Below are positions 55,546 through 64,000 of a DNA stretch of 64,000 bases, piece by piece. Source of the stretch: a virus; IMG/VR virus record IMGVR_UViG_3300005289_000003, positions 1-64,000 of that record; one strand, given 5' to 3'. The position numbers and the translations under genes are program-made. The first letter of the stretch is position 1, and every line of letters begins with the position of its first letter. The notes under the pieces were generated by a model. That model was given only the letters and a program-made list of their open reading frames with translations, had not been told where the DNA came from and made no database searches.

Positions 55546-55767
55546 TCACGGTATGTTCCCTCTTACTACATTGAACTTCTCGTCTCTAGCTGTAACCCAG
55601 AGACGTTCCGTTAGCGTGCTGGTGTCTATTGCCGTGAAGCCAACATCATCGATAAACAACCCTGGGGTTATCTCTATCTGAGTGTCAGTGTCTATCTCCT
55701 TAACTACCCAGTAGGTTTTATCAGAGAGGAAGACATCACCTTTCATCAACTGGTGAGCCTCTTTCAC
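55546..55767 (-). CDS. small hypothetical protein (AxxLxxGD family)
   Basis: EAHQLMKGDVF...YWVV. Confidence 0.65.
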   Translation of the reverse strand: MKEAHQLMKGDVFLSDKTYWVVKEIDTDTQIEITPGLFIDDVGFTAIDTSTLTERLWVTARDEKFNVVRGNIP

Positions 55768-55976
55768 TGCTCCTCCACGATCTTCCAGAACGACGCGCGG
55801 TAGTTTCCGGAGGGAAGGTCACCGGAGTGGACCTTCACACGGAGTTCATAGAACCCCTTGACCGTGTTGTAACCGTAGCCGTTGATGGTTCCGAAGATGG
55901 GCACATTCCCCATCTGGAAGGTGAATCGAACCTTCTTGCCGATTGCGTATTCAACCGGCTTGATTACCTTTGGCAT
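55764..55976 (-). CDS. small KOW/SH3-like hypothetical protein
   Basis: AAGGAGG SD; YAIGKKVRF. Confidence 0.7.
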   Translation of the reverse strand: MPKVIKPVEYAIGKKVRFTFQMGNVPIFGTINGYGYNTVKGFYELRVKVHSGDLPSGNYRASFWKIVEEQ

Positions 55977-56007
55977 TTCCTTCCCTCCTTTGTTTTGCCT
56001 TGTTACG

Positions 56008-56057
56008 TGGGTTTGCTGGATTCGAACCAGGCCATCCGCTCCATCTAGCGCTAACCC
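56008..56057 (-). ncRNA. anticodon-less mini-tRNA-like element B
   Basis: GGGTTAG-CGCTAGATGGAGCG-..-CTGGTTCGAATCCAG-CAAACCC-A. Confidence 0.7.
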
Positions 56058-56403
56058 TGGGGCTTACCAGCCCCTTGCCTTCTTGTACTCTCGTTGACTC
56101 TTGCGGCTACTGAAGTAACGCCCGACCTTTTCGAACTGGTTACCGACCATGATGATCAGAATATGCAGCCAAAAAACAATGGCAATCAATGCCAAGACTG
56201 CAAGGACTGCACAAATTGGCGCAAAGAAACCGATTAGGAAAGCGTTCGCTGATTGGTCCATGGTCAGTCCATTTCCGCAAGCTTGCCGATCAGGCTAAAG
56301 ATGAAGTAGAACAAAGCGAAAGCGCCTAGTCCCCCGAAGATTCCAAGGATTGGCGCCAGGATCTCCATCATTTGACTTCCTCCTTTTAGTTGATTTCCTT
56401 ACG

Positions 56404-56452
56404 TGGGTGCCGCCGGATTTGAACCGGTTAACGCTCCATCTAGCGCGGTCCC
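56404..56452 (-). ncRNA. anticodon-less mini-tRNA-like element A
   Basis: GGGACCG-CGCTAGATGGAGCG-TTAA-CCGGTTCAAATCCGG-CGGCACCC-A. Confidence 0.7.
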
Positions 56453-56462
56453 TGCCTGTTAC

Positions 56463-57509
56463 TTAGAACGCCCGTGCCACGTCCCATGCCTTGTCCAGCG
56501 CGCTGGTAAGCGCGGGAACCGACTCCAGGACACGGCGCGCGTTGGCCTCTGCCCTGGTCTCGCCAGAGCGCGTCTGCACGCGCCCCGGAAGGTGCTGGGT
56601 GACTTCCACCGTGGCGTTCAACCACCCTGCCGCCGTGCCGCTAATGTCCGCCGTAGTGGCCGAACGGAGGGCACCGAAAAGGGCCTCCCGCTGCTTCTCC
56701 ATCACGGTCTGGCCACGCTTGGAGTCCTTCTCTCCCCACCCGTAAAGGTCGGTCCACGCGGCCAAAGCCTGATCGGCCGTGACCCGAGTGTTGAGAAGTT
56801 CCCGATAGTCCGCGATCCACTTCTCAAGGTCAGCGTCACCCTTGGCAAGGATCTTCTGAACCGTCGCGTCAATCTTCGACGGAGCTAGGGCACTGTGCTT
56901 GATGCTCACAGCACCCATGACCTTGGAAGAAGTCATCAGGTTCGCGCACACCCGCCGGATCCCCCGAAGAGAAACCCTCAGGGCCGTCTTGCCGTTGTTG
57001 CCAAGGTCCAGTTGCCACCGGAAAGCGATAACCTCCCGGCTTTCAACCTGACGCTTGGCCACATCCGAATACGCCGTAGTCGTGAAGTCCGCTGACTTGT
57101 GTTCGAACACCAACCGGGTAACCGGCCCTGGAACGATGCTCATCAGTGGGTGACCCGTGGCGGTAATAGCGTCCACCAGGGGAACAACCTCTTCCGGAAG
57201 GATGAAGTTGAAGCCCTCCGAAGCCTGCCCGAACCGAACCGATTCCCGATCCGGCCCGAAGTTGTGGACGATGATTGCCGCTTCGGACGCTGGCGCCATG
57301 TGGATGTTTCCGCGTGAGTCCATCGCGCTCTGGGGAGCGGTTTCCGCTTCCCACCCGAAAAGACCCGCGTCGTTCATGGCCTGGTTCGCGTTCTCCATGT
57401 TGCCCTGAACCGTCGACAGAAGCTCAAACGGGTCAAGAACCCCGTTAGCAGCAACGGCGAATTCCTGGCGGTCCAGACCAGCGGAGAAGATTTCCATTTC
57501 GCGAGACAT
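56463..57509 (-). CDS. DUF932/DUF945-like protein
   Basis: R.VC.N motif, I.H, GT..G.LNA..E; AAGGAGG SD. Confidence 0.7.
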   Translation of the reverse strand: MSREMEIFSAGLDRQEFAVAANGVLDPFELLSTVQGNMENANQAMNDAGLFGWEAETAPQSAMDSRGNIHMAPASEAAIIVHNFGPDRESVRFGQASEGFNFILPEEVVPLVDAITATGHPLMSIVPGPVTRLVFEHKSADFTTTAYSDVAKRQVESREVIAFRWQLDLGNNGKTALRVSLRGIRRVCANLMTSSKVMGAVSIKHSALAPSKIDATVQKILAKGDADLEKWIADYRELLNTRVTADQALAAWTDLYGWGEKDSKRGQTVMEKQREALFGALRSATTADISGTAAGWLNATVEVTQHLPGRVQTRSGETRAEANARRVLESVPALTSALDKAWDVARAF

Positions 57510-57544
57510 TCCATTTCCTCCTTATAGTGTTGCATTACCTTGCG

Positions 57545-57617
57545 CGCTCCAAAGGGGAATCCAACCCCTGTCTTCTGGTTGAGAGCCAGAGATCCTAAGC
57601 AATTGAACGATTGGAGC
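57545..57617 (-). tRNA. atypical tRNA-Glu(CTC)
   Basis: GCTCCAA/TTGGAGC acceptor, loop CTCTCAA; T-loop TTGGATT; D-loop lacks GG. Confidence 0.65.
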
Positions 57618-57790
57618 TAGGAGGATTTAGTCACTCACTATTTAGTTAGCGGATTGGGGTCACTGCCCGTCCGTCCGGAATTCCGGCTTCCACCCGCCCC
57701 GTAGCACCCGCGCGTCCTGGTTCGAACCTTCGGGCTATTGCGTCCGGCCGTTGGTGGCTTTTTTGTTTTCGTGTTCCCCGTGCAACACCA

Positions 57791-57820
57791 ACTATGGGGG
57801 ACGGACACCCCGCCAGTCAA
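57791..57820 (-). promoter_or_regulatory. early promoter of the leftward operon
   Basis: AGAAAGTTC-TTGACT-18-CATAGT. Confidence 0.7.
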
Positions 57821-58051
57821 GAACTTTCTTCAAGATTTTTTATAAACCTGTGACCTGGGGTTTTTGGTAATCAGCAACCAGGACGGGCAACCGGACGGCC
57901 CGGAACCTGCCTCCCAGGTGGAGGGACGCGCGCCTACGCGCGTACGTGCGTGCGCGTACGTGGGAGGGCCTGAGAGCCACCAGGAGCACTGAACCTGCCC
58001 CCGGACATGCCAAAGGCCCGGACCGTTGGGGTCCGGGCCTCTCTGTGGCTC

Positions 58052-58495
58052 TCAGGCTGATCGGAGTGGCATGTATTGGGACAGATCCCCCGGATAGGGG
58101 AAGAACACCCCGACGTCTGCCCTGTCATAGAAGTAGGCGCCGATGAAGTCGGGAGACCTACCGGCGGACATCATGGTTTCCCCGTTTACCGTGCTGTAGG
58201 CGTGACGAATAGTCCGGCCGCTGGAAATGAAATCATCGACAAAAAGCCACGTCTCGCCTATTTCTCCTTCAATGATGTTTCCACTGTTCCGGCTTTCACC
58301 CTCCTTGCGAACGATCGCCCATTTCTTGCCGAGAATTTCAGCGGCACGGGGAATGACCAGGGCACCAGAGAGACCAACGCCAACCATGGTGTCGAACTCT
58401 TCGGTTACCTTTTCCGCTATGTCATCCGCGAACCACTGGCCGGAACGATTGAAAGCCTTACGCAACCAGATAGCGTGATCCGAATAGGTGTTCAT
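58052..58495 (-). CDS. type I phosphoribosyltransferase
   Basis: PRPP-binding FVDDFISSGRT; VRKE; AAGGAGG SD. Confidence 0.85.
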   Translation of the reverse strand: MNTYSDHAIWLRKAFNRSGQWFADDIAEKVTEEFDTMVGVGLSGALVIPRAAEILGKKWAIVRKEGESRNSGNIIEGEIGETWLFVDDFISSGRTIRHAYSTVNGETMMSAGRSPDFIGAYFYDRADVGVFFPYPGDLSQYMPLRSA

Positions 58496-58524
58496 CTTAA
58501 GGCCCTCCTTATAAGACTTACCAA

Positions 58525-58941
58525 TTAGAGCAAGAAGCCGTACTTCTCGGCCAACCGGGAGACTCCCACGTGGTAGCAGACATCTACCTTCGGTGTTCCG
58601 TCGACCTTGACACCAGGCACGGCCCGAAAGCGGAAGACACCATGAGGGCACGTGCATTGACCCTTGATGGAGGCCAGATAGTTTCTGTCCCCCTTCTTGG
58701 AACGCACCTTGTAGATACCAGGGAAGACAGTCTTCTGTATCGCTCCATCTTCAATAACGTCTATGGCATTATCCAGTTGACCGACGTACATACTGTGAGG
58801 GTTGTTACTGATAAGTTTTTCCAGATAGGAGACAGCCTTATCCCTACGTTCGGCTATCTCTTTTACGGCGCACTCACGACCGTAACCACGGGCTATAGAC
58901 GGACCAGCCTTTAGGAGATGGCCGCAACGCTTGCACTTCAT
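58525..58941 (-). CDS. DUF6011-like + SWIM zinc-finger protein
   Basis: CKRCG..L....SI.RGYG.EC; CTC...CYH. Confidence 0.75.
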   Translation of the reverse strand: MKCKRCGHLLKAGPSIARGYGRECAVKEIAERRDKAVSYLEKLISNNPHSMYVGQLDNAIDVIEDGAIQKTVFPGIYKVRSKKGDRNYLASIKGQCTCPHGVFRFRAVPGVKVDGTPKVDVCYHVGVSRLAEKYGFLL

Positions 58942-58984
58942 ATAGGTGTCTCCCGGTTTGGAGCTTGACGGACGTGGGGGCCAC

Positions 58985-59014
58985 AGTCTTACCTACCTCC
59001 CGTCAGTCTGTCAA
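58985..59014 (-). promoter_or_regulatory. early promoter
   Basis: AAGAAGTTC-TTGACA-18-AAGACT. Confidence 0.6.
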
Positions 59015-59247
59015 GAACTTCTTACCAAGATTTTTTCTCCCTCGGTTGCCTACCTGACATCTCCCCCGATGTCCCCATATATCCGGGCGATTGGGGCAAA
59101 TCGGACAAACCGTTGACGATCGGGCAAATAGGCTGGTAAGCTCCGAACACCGGACAAGACGGGCCTTTTTGCCGAATCGGGTCATAGCGTGTAATGTCCG
59201 ATAGGTACAACCACAAATAGTTTTCACATTGGGAGCAAAAAACAACT

Positions 59248-59844
59248 ATGGCAGTATCAGCAGCAAAGCTACGTAAGCTTGACAGTGAGAACGTTAAGAG
59301 TCTGAATGGCGAGAGCCTATGGGTTACTATCATTCTGGAAGATTCCACTGAGCTACAAGGATTCTTCCGTCACGATGCTGTAGCCGACACGGTGTCTGTT
59401 AAGGTTCCCGGACGTCGCGGACGCTTGAAGGCTTACCCGTTGACCGATGTTAATGACATCGAGATCACGGAAGCTCCTAAGGACGTAGTTTCCAACCTGC
59501 AAGCGGTACGGACTGTCAACACCCCTACTCGCCAGGGACGTCGGACCGTTACCAGCATTCCGGACGACGGTAGGGCAGAGAAGCTAGGCGCGGCAGCCAA
59601 GCAATTGGTAGCTCCCGCTGGTGTTCTTTGCTACCTAACCGGCCAGAAGACAGATCCCCGTAAGGATGTTGCTGTCTGGTACGAAGGAAACAAGTACTTC
59701 ATCACTAAGGAAGCTTTCGCTCCTGTCCTGAAGGCTTTGGGCCTGATGGAAGAGGATGCGACAGAGGAAGCCCCGGTAGCCAAGCGTCGTCCGGGCCGTC
59801 CGGCTGGATCAAAGAACACCACGGTACGGCGTGCCAAGAAGTGA
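59248..59844 (+). CDS. hypothetical protein with C-terminal AT-hook-like RPGRP motif
   Basis: GGAG SD; KRRPGRPAGSKN; terminator at 59853-59886. Confidence 0.7.
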   Translation: MAVSAAKLRKLDSENVKSLNGESLWVTIILEDSTELQGFFRHDAVADTVSVKVPGRRGRLKAYPLTDVNDIEITEAPKDVVSNLQAVRTVNTPTRQGRRTVTSIPDDGRAEKLGAAAKQLVAPAGVLCYLTGQKTDPRKDVAVWYEGNKYFITKEAFAPVLKALGLMEEDATEEAPVAKRRPGRPAGSKNTTVRRAKK

Positions 59845-59891
59845 ATGATCGGAAGGGGCCACGGTGAAGATTACCGTGGCCCTTTTCGTTT

Positions 59892-59964
59892 GCCTCCTTA
59901 GTTCAGTGGCCTAGAACCTCTGCCTTGTAAGCAGATAACGAGAGTTCAAATCTCTCAGGAGGCT
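59892..59964 (+). tRNA. tRNA-Thr(TGT)
   Basis: cloverleaf, loop CTTGTAA. Confidence 0.92.
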
Positions 59965-59998
59965 CTTTCCCTAACCGGAAACTTGATTATGAGGAAGT

Positions 59999-60493
59999 AT
60001 GCCTAAGCCACCTACAGCAAAAGCAGTTCATATCATCTTCGCAATTGGTCCGGATGATGAATCCACAATAGACCAATTTGTGGAAGGCATAAAACTAGCT
60101 GTCAGTCACGCCTATATGGGTAAAGTGCTGGCAACCATGCTTTATGGTGAATACCAGCATGACGGTAAAAGATATAAGCAACTGGATTGGGAACGTTGGG
60201 ATGGTGATCCAAGTAAGAAACCACAGGATCGCTACACCAATGAACCACGCGCCGTGGCTATCCACCAGACAGTCAGGGATAAGCCCCTAACTTCTGCCGA
60301 CGTCAAGAAGGCCCTTGACGTCCACAGAGAGGCCCTAGGACTACCACCCCGCCCATTGCCCCCAGAGGCTCATGACAGGCCCGTAGAATCGCTCTCAGGC
60401 CCTCTGGCGGGGTGGCCCCGTCTAGAGGGTTGGGAACCAGACCCTTGGCCACGTGTAAGCCACAAGAAAAGATTGATACGTCGCAATAAGTAG
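59999..60493 (+). CDS. hypothetical protein
   Basis: GAGGA SD. Confidence 0.6.
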   Translation: MPKPPTAKAVHIIFAIGPDDESTIDQFVEGIKLAVSHAYMGKVLATMLYGEYQHDGKRYKQLDWERWDGDPSKKPQDRYTNEPRAVAIHQTVRDKPLTSADVKKALDVHREALGLPPRPLPPEAHDRPVESLSGPLAGWPRLEGWEPDPWPRVSHKKRLIRRNK

Positions 60494-60500
60494 GTTCTAA

Positions 60501-60812
60501 ATGAATATGCCCTTGGTGGATCCACACGAATGGATAAATGATAAGAATCATCAAATACATATAGGTGACATGGTTGACCGAAATACCATCGCTACTCGTC
60601 TGAAAGTCTCCAGGCAAGCCATAGGAAATTGGGCTATCCAGAGAAGTAGGACAGGATTTCCCGAACCTATCTTTGGGAATGACGGAGTACGCGGAAGATC
60701 CAGAGGCAACGCAACATGTATTTATTATTGGCCGGATGTTTCCTCTTGGTTTGAGAAGTGGCAAAAGGTCAAGCCTCTAGGCGGTATCAAATACCATAAG
60801 GATCGGTCATGA
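60501..60812 (+). CDS. HTH (AlpA/excisionase-like) DNA-binding protein
   Basis: IA.RL.VSRQAIGNW..R....GFPEP...YYW.DV..W. Confidence 0.7.
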   Translation: MNMPLVDPHEWINDKNHQIHIGDMVDRNTIATRLKVSRQAIGNWAIQRSRTGFPEPIFGNDGVRGRSRGNATCIYYWPDVSSWFEKWQKVKPLGGIKYHKDRS

Positions 60813-61396
60813 AAATTATAAATAAGGCCAAGGTTCTTGCAGACACAAGAGCAGAGTACGAAGAAGTTCCAGTTCTCCAGTTCTTGAAGAATAAAGCTAA
60901 GCAATACGTTCCGGGCAACGGTCCCTTTAACGCTTCTGTGGCCATCCTGGGGGAAGCTCCCGGGGGCACAGAGGATGACCTAGGCCAACCCTTTGTTGGT
61001 CCGGCCGGACGTGTTCTGAACAAACTTCTCAAAGAGAACGATGTTGACCGAGACTCCATCTGGGTGACAAACATCGTGAAGTACCGGCCACCACAGAACA
61101 GGCCACCCACTCCGGAGGAGATAGAGGCTTCACGGCCCTTCCTTCTGAGAGAGCTATCTACCCTGAAGATTAAGAACGTAATTGTTCTGGGGCGGTCCGC
61201 CATGTCGGCTATGGGCATTGCCAACCCGGTGGTAAGTCAGCTACACGGAACAAGCAAGGTAAGAGAGTTCGACGGTAGGGAAATCAGACTGTTTATGACC
61301 TACCATCCTGCTGCCGCTCTCAGAGATCCAACCAATATGGTGACACTTCGGGAAGACTTTGGTGCCATCTTTAAGGAGATAAACCGTGGCAGTTGA
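60809..61396 (+). CDS. uracil-DNA glycosylase, family 4
   Basis: GEAPG, PFVG.AG, TN.VK.RPP.NR.P, YHPAA. Confidence 0.92.
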   Translation: MKIINKAKVLADTRAEYEEVPVLQFLKNKAKQYVPGNGPFNASVAILGEAPGGTEDDLGQPFVGPAGRVLNKLLKENDVDRDSIWVTNIVKYRPPQNRPPTPEEIEASRPFLLRELSTLKIKNVIVLGRSAMSAMGIANPVVSQLHGTSKVREFDGREIRLFMTYHPAAALRDPTNMVTLREDFGAIFKEINRGS

Positions 61397-61534
61397 ACAG
61401 GATCTTGACGCGCTAACTGAACGTGTAGCCCAGCTAGAGAACCTAGTTATTGCGATCATTTCTTTCATGGGTATCTCACGGCAAATCCTCACACAAAACT
61501 ACGGCGTAGTAATCCCAAGTAGGAATGAATAAAA

Positions 61535-61568
61535 GAAAGGCCCCCAGGAAGAATCCTGGGGGCCTTTC
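61535..61568. terminator. bidirectional terminator
   Basis: GAAAGGCCCCCAGGA..TCCTGGGGGCCTTTC. Confidence 0.85.
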
Positions 61569-61577
61569 GCATGCCCA

Positions 61578-62678
61578 CTATCGGGCAACGAATCTTTCTA
61601 TTGGGCGTTGCTGGTAGAAGCCATCTTCATACAGGGTGAACAAGTGATCAAAATAATCCTGATACTGCCATTGAATCGTGTTCATGGAGAACCGCTTAAT
61701 GGCGTAGTCCCTGATTGCCTGTCTGTCTAGAGAGGGAGCACGCTTGGCACCCTCCACAAATTCAGCCATGCTGCGACATCTGAAACCAGTAACGCCGTGA
61801 ATGTTGACTTCCGGGCAGGAACCCCAATCTGTTGTCAGTACTGGAGTTCCACAGAACATGGCTTCAATCTGGACAGCGCCAAAAGGTTCTAGATATAGGG
61901 AAGGCATGAAGCTAAATTGAGCCTTAGAGAAAAGTTCCGCTCTCTCTTCAGGTCCAACGACACCGACGTACTCACCATATATCGGGGGGGCACCCTCACC
62001 AGCGACGATAAGACGTATTCCCAACATTTTGCAAACATCAGCCGCAATGTGGTAACCCTTGCGGTCTATAAGTCTGCCCATGAAGAGCGCATAGTCAGAG
62101 CGCTGGTCACTTGGGACGAAGGGGAAATAATCATCTTCGAAGAAGTTAGGGATTACGCAATCGTAGAAGTTACCGTTAGCGTTGTTTGCACCCTGTTGTT
62201 GTCCGTAAAGGGTATGCATCCACGCATACGATTCGAATACCCGGAATCTTGAGTACGTACCTTCGTACCCAACTCCCCATTCGACAACAATGTTTTCCGG
62301 GAATTCATCTGTTACCGGCTTCTGACAGGCCCCGGCAATGACACAGATGATGTCCCGTGGCTGGATTCTCTTTCTGATCTCTGCGATGCAGTTGTCATTA
62401 AAGAGTTTCCAGTAGGGCATTTCCGTGTTGTACGCACCCTTGAGAATATCCTTGGGTCCGTTTAGTCCGTACTCCGCTTGTTGTGCTCTGGTGATGCAAG
62501 GAATGTTTTCGGTGTACTCCGCGTCTTCGCTCTCGTCACCGTGGTAAAGGTAAACCTCATTCCCTACCGCCATCATCATCTTAGTGAATTTGGCAACCTT
62601 CATGGTGTACGCGCACATACTGTACTGATAAGAGCATTGAGTGTGCGGAAGACCTAGCACATGCAAGCGGTACTTCAT
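61578..62678 (-). CDS. GT-B (GT4-like) glycosyltransferase
   Basis: MGRL..RKG, EPFG...IEAM.CGTPV...D.G...E. Confidence 0.85.
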   Translation of the reverse strand: MKYRLHVLGLPHTQCSYQYSMCAYTMKVAKFTKMMMAVGNEVYLYHGDESEDAEYTENIPCITRAQQAEYGLNGPKDILKGAYNTEMPYWKLFNDNCIAEIRKRIQPRDIICVIAGACQKPVTDEFPENIVVEWGVGYEGTYSRFRVFESYAWMHTLYGQQQGANNANGNFYDCVIPNFFEDDYFPFVPSDQRSDYALFMGRLIDRKGYHIAADVCKMLGIRLIVAGEGAPPIYGEYVGVVGPEERAELFSKAQFSFMPSLYLEPFGAVQIEAMFCGTPVLTTDWGSCPEVNIHGVTGFRCRSMAEFVEGAKRAPSLDRQAIRDYAIKRFSMNTIQWQYQDYFDHLFTLYEDGFYQQRPIERFVAR

Positions 62679-63055
62679 TTTTCTAGTCCGTCCATTCTGA
62701 ACTTTAGCTCTTTGTATTCTTCGAAAATCCTTAGGACCGTATCGGCTGTTCTTTCCTCATGCCGATAGAAGCTAGGGAAATCCGCTTTGATGACACGTCG
62801 TACTTGCTTTACTTGCTCATACCAAGATGGATCCGTGATTGGTTTTGTCATTAGGCAAATCCAAACTTCTTCCGGAAGACCAGGTATTCCCCGCTAGGCA
62901 GGAAGATACCTGGTTCCTCCGTCTCTTCGTCACTGACCATGTAGTGCGTACCAGAGTGAGGCATTGGTTCATCTTCTTCAGATGAGCTTGAAAGCTCTAT
63001 GCAGTAATTAGGCTCATCTGGCCAAAGCAATGGAGCGTACAGACTCATCTTTACC

Positions 63056-63706
63056 TCACGTGATGATAATCCTAGGACGGAAGGAAGTGATAGCCGCCCC
63101 GTCGTTCACGGTTAGGTCATCCCACGTGAAGGTACACGTGGAGTTAACCCCTGGCAATCCTGCCAATCCGACATAGCCTGCCGCAGTGACATCAGAGTCA
63201 GTTACTTCTGAATCCCATGAGGCAGGCTCACCCGAACCATCATTCCAAATCTTAGCCTTGATAGCTGTGCCTACAGCTACCAGCCTGATTTGAATAGCGG
63301 TACCAGCGGTAAAAGTCTTACTGATGGTGTCCATAAGAGTGTAAGCCTGAGCTACACCTTTACGAAAAGTATAAGAGTTGTTGTTCAAATCGATATCAAG
63401 AAAATAGCCAGTGTCCGGGTAGAAACCAGTACCAGTAAAAGTGTTACACCGAACGGCAGCCAAACAATATTCGGTCTTCTTCGGGTTATCAAATGCACAC
63501 TTAACAGTTATGTCGTAATCAACTACTGGTGTCTCTCCTGATGCCCTTGCCTCCACGTCTGTAGTGAAGGCAGTAACACCCGTCCGCATTCTTCCCGCGT
63601 TGCTCTGAATATCTGTACTGGAACCAGTACCACCAGTTTTCACCCATCGTGCGTTCCAGGCTGCACCGTTGGTACCCGTGAAGTTGTCAGACCACAAGAC
63701 AGTCAT
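63056..63706 (-). CDS. probable minor virion/tail protein (concanavalin-like beta sandwich)
   Basis: T/G/W-rich beta pattern: SDNF, I.AKIW..G..EP..W, WDD. Confidence 0.55.
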   Translation of the reverse strand: MTVLWSDNFTGTNGAAWNARWVKTGGTGSSTDIQSNAGRMRTGVTAFTTDVEARASGETPVVDYDITVKCAFDNPKKTEYCLAAVRCNTFTGTGFYPDTGYFLDIDLNNNSYTFRKGVAQAYTLMDTISKTFTAGTAIQIRLVAVGTAIKAKIWNDGSGEPASWDSEVTDSDVTAAGYVGLAGLPGVNSTCTFTWDDLTVNDGAAITSFRPRIIIT

Positions 63707-63712
63707 TAATTA

Positions 63713-64000
63713 TCACCCGAACCTGAGAACAACGCCTAGACCCTTGGTTCCCGTTCCGGCCACGTCGACGTCAATTGCGATACGGTCACCGGTCGCCACG
63801 TCATCTGTAGATGTGTTGATGACCGGAGGAGTAGCCGCACTGTAGGACGTGAACTCAGAGGCATCAATCGTGATGGCTGTTGAGAGCATGTCTACAGCGT
63901 CAGTCACATTCCTAATCATGACCGTAGGCAGACCCGAAGAAGAAACCGTAGTCACATAAGCGTCAGCGTCAATAAGGTTGAGAGTGTCGAAGTCAGACGA
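63713..64000 (-). CDS. 3' part of probable virion structural protein (runs off window)
   Basis: GD.I.IDVD.AGTG.KGL.V motif; frame stays open to the edge. Confidence 0.55.
   Translation of the reverse strand, partial: SSDFDTLNLIDADAYVTTVSSSGLPTVMIRNVTDAVDMLSTAITIDASEFTSYSAATPPVINTSTDDVATGDRIAIDVDVAGTGTKGLGVVLRFG

Overview
64 kb from a large (~50% GC) lytic-type dsDNA phage genome, most likely infecting Actinobacteria (evidence: SigA/HrdB-type promoters, leaderless starts, ThyX, DnaE, Lsr2-like protein, excalibur lipoprotein, actinophage-type holin, CCA-less tRNA genes). It contains modular early cassettes (promoter, small gene, terminator; 1-4.7 kb and 52.4-59 kb); an accessory/lysis block (HNH, PNK-type 3'-phosphatase, TerD, holin, amidase, ThyX); leftward GH26, primase and helicase genes; a ~17 kb rightward RNA-rich region (20.8-38 kb) with 23 tRNAs and many unassigned structured RNAs; a replication/recombination block (ParB-like, SSB, DnaE, RecA, Cas4-like exonuclease, RuvC-like); UDG, a glycosyltransferase, and the end of a leftward virion-gene block. 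The strongest candidate for an undescribed system is an array of six tandem Y-RNA-like genes (33164-33949) directly upstream of a Ro60/TROVE gene. They share one conserved Ro-binding-type helix but carry different inserted domains, two of which are circularly permuted tRNA mimics. Other highlights: a ~700-nt densely paired large ncRNA candidate; six coupled CxCC..CxxCxH..H microproteins missed by the ORF track; anticodon-less mini-tRNAs punctuating an early operon; two tmRNA-TLD-like RNAs, one presenting an anti-SD loop; and genes whose start codon sits exactly at tRNA position 75. All calls come from reading by eye; no searches or folding programs were run.
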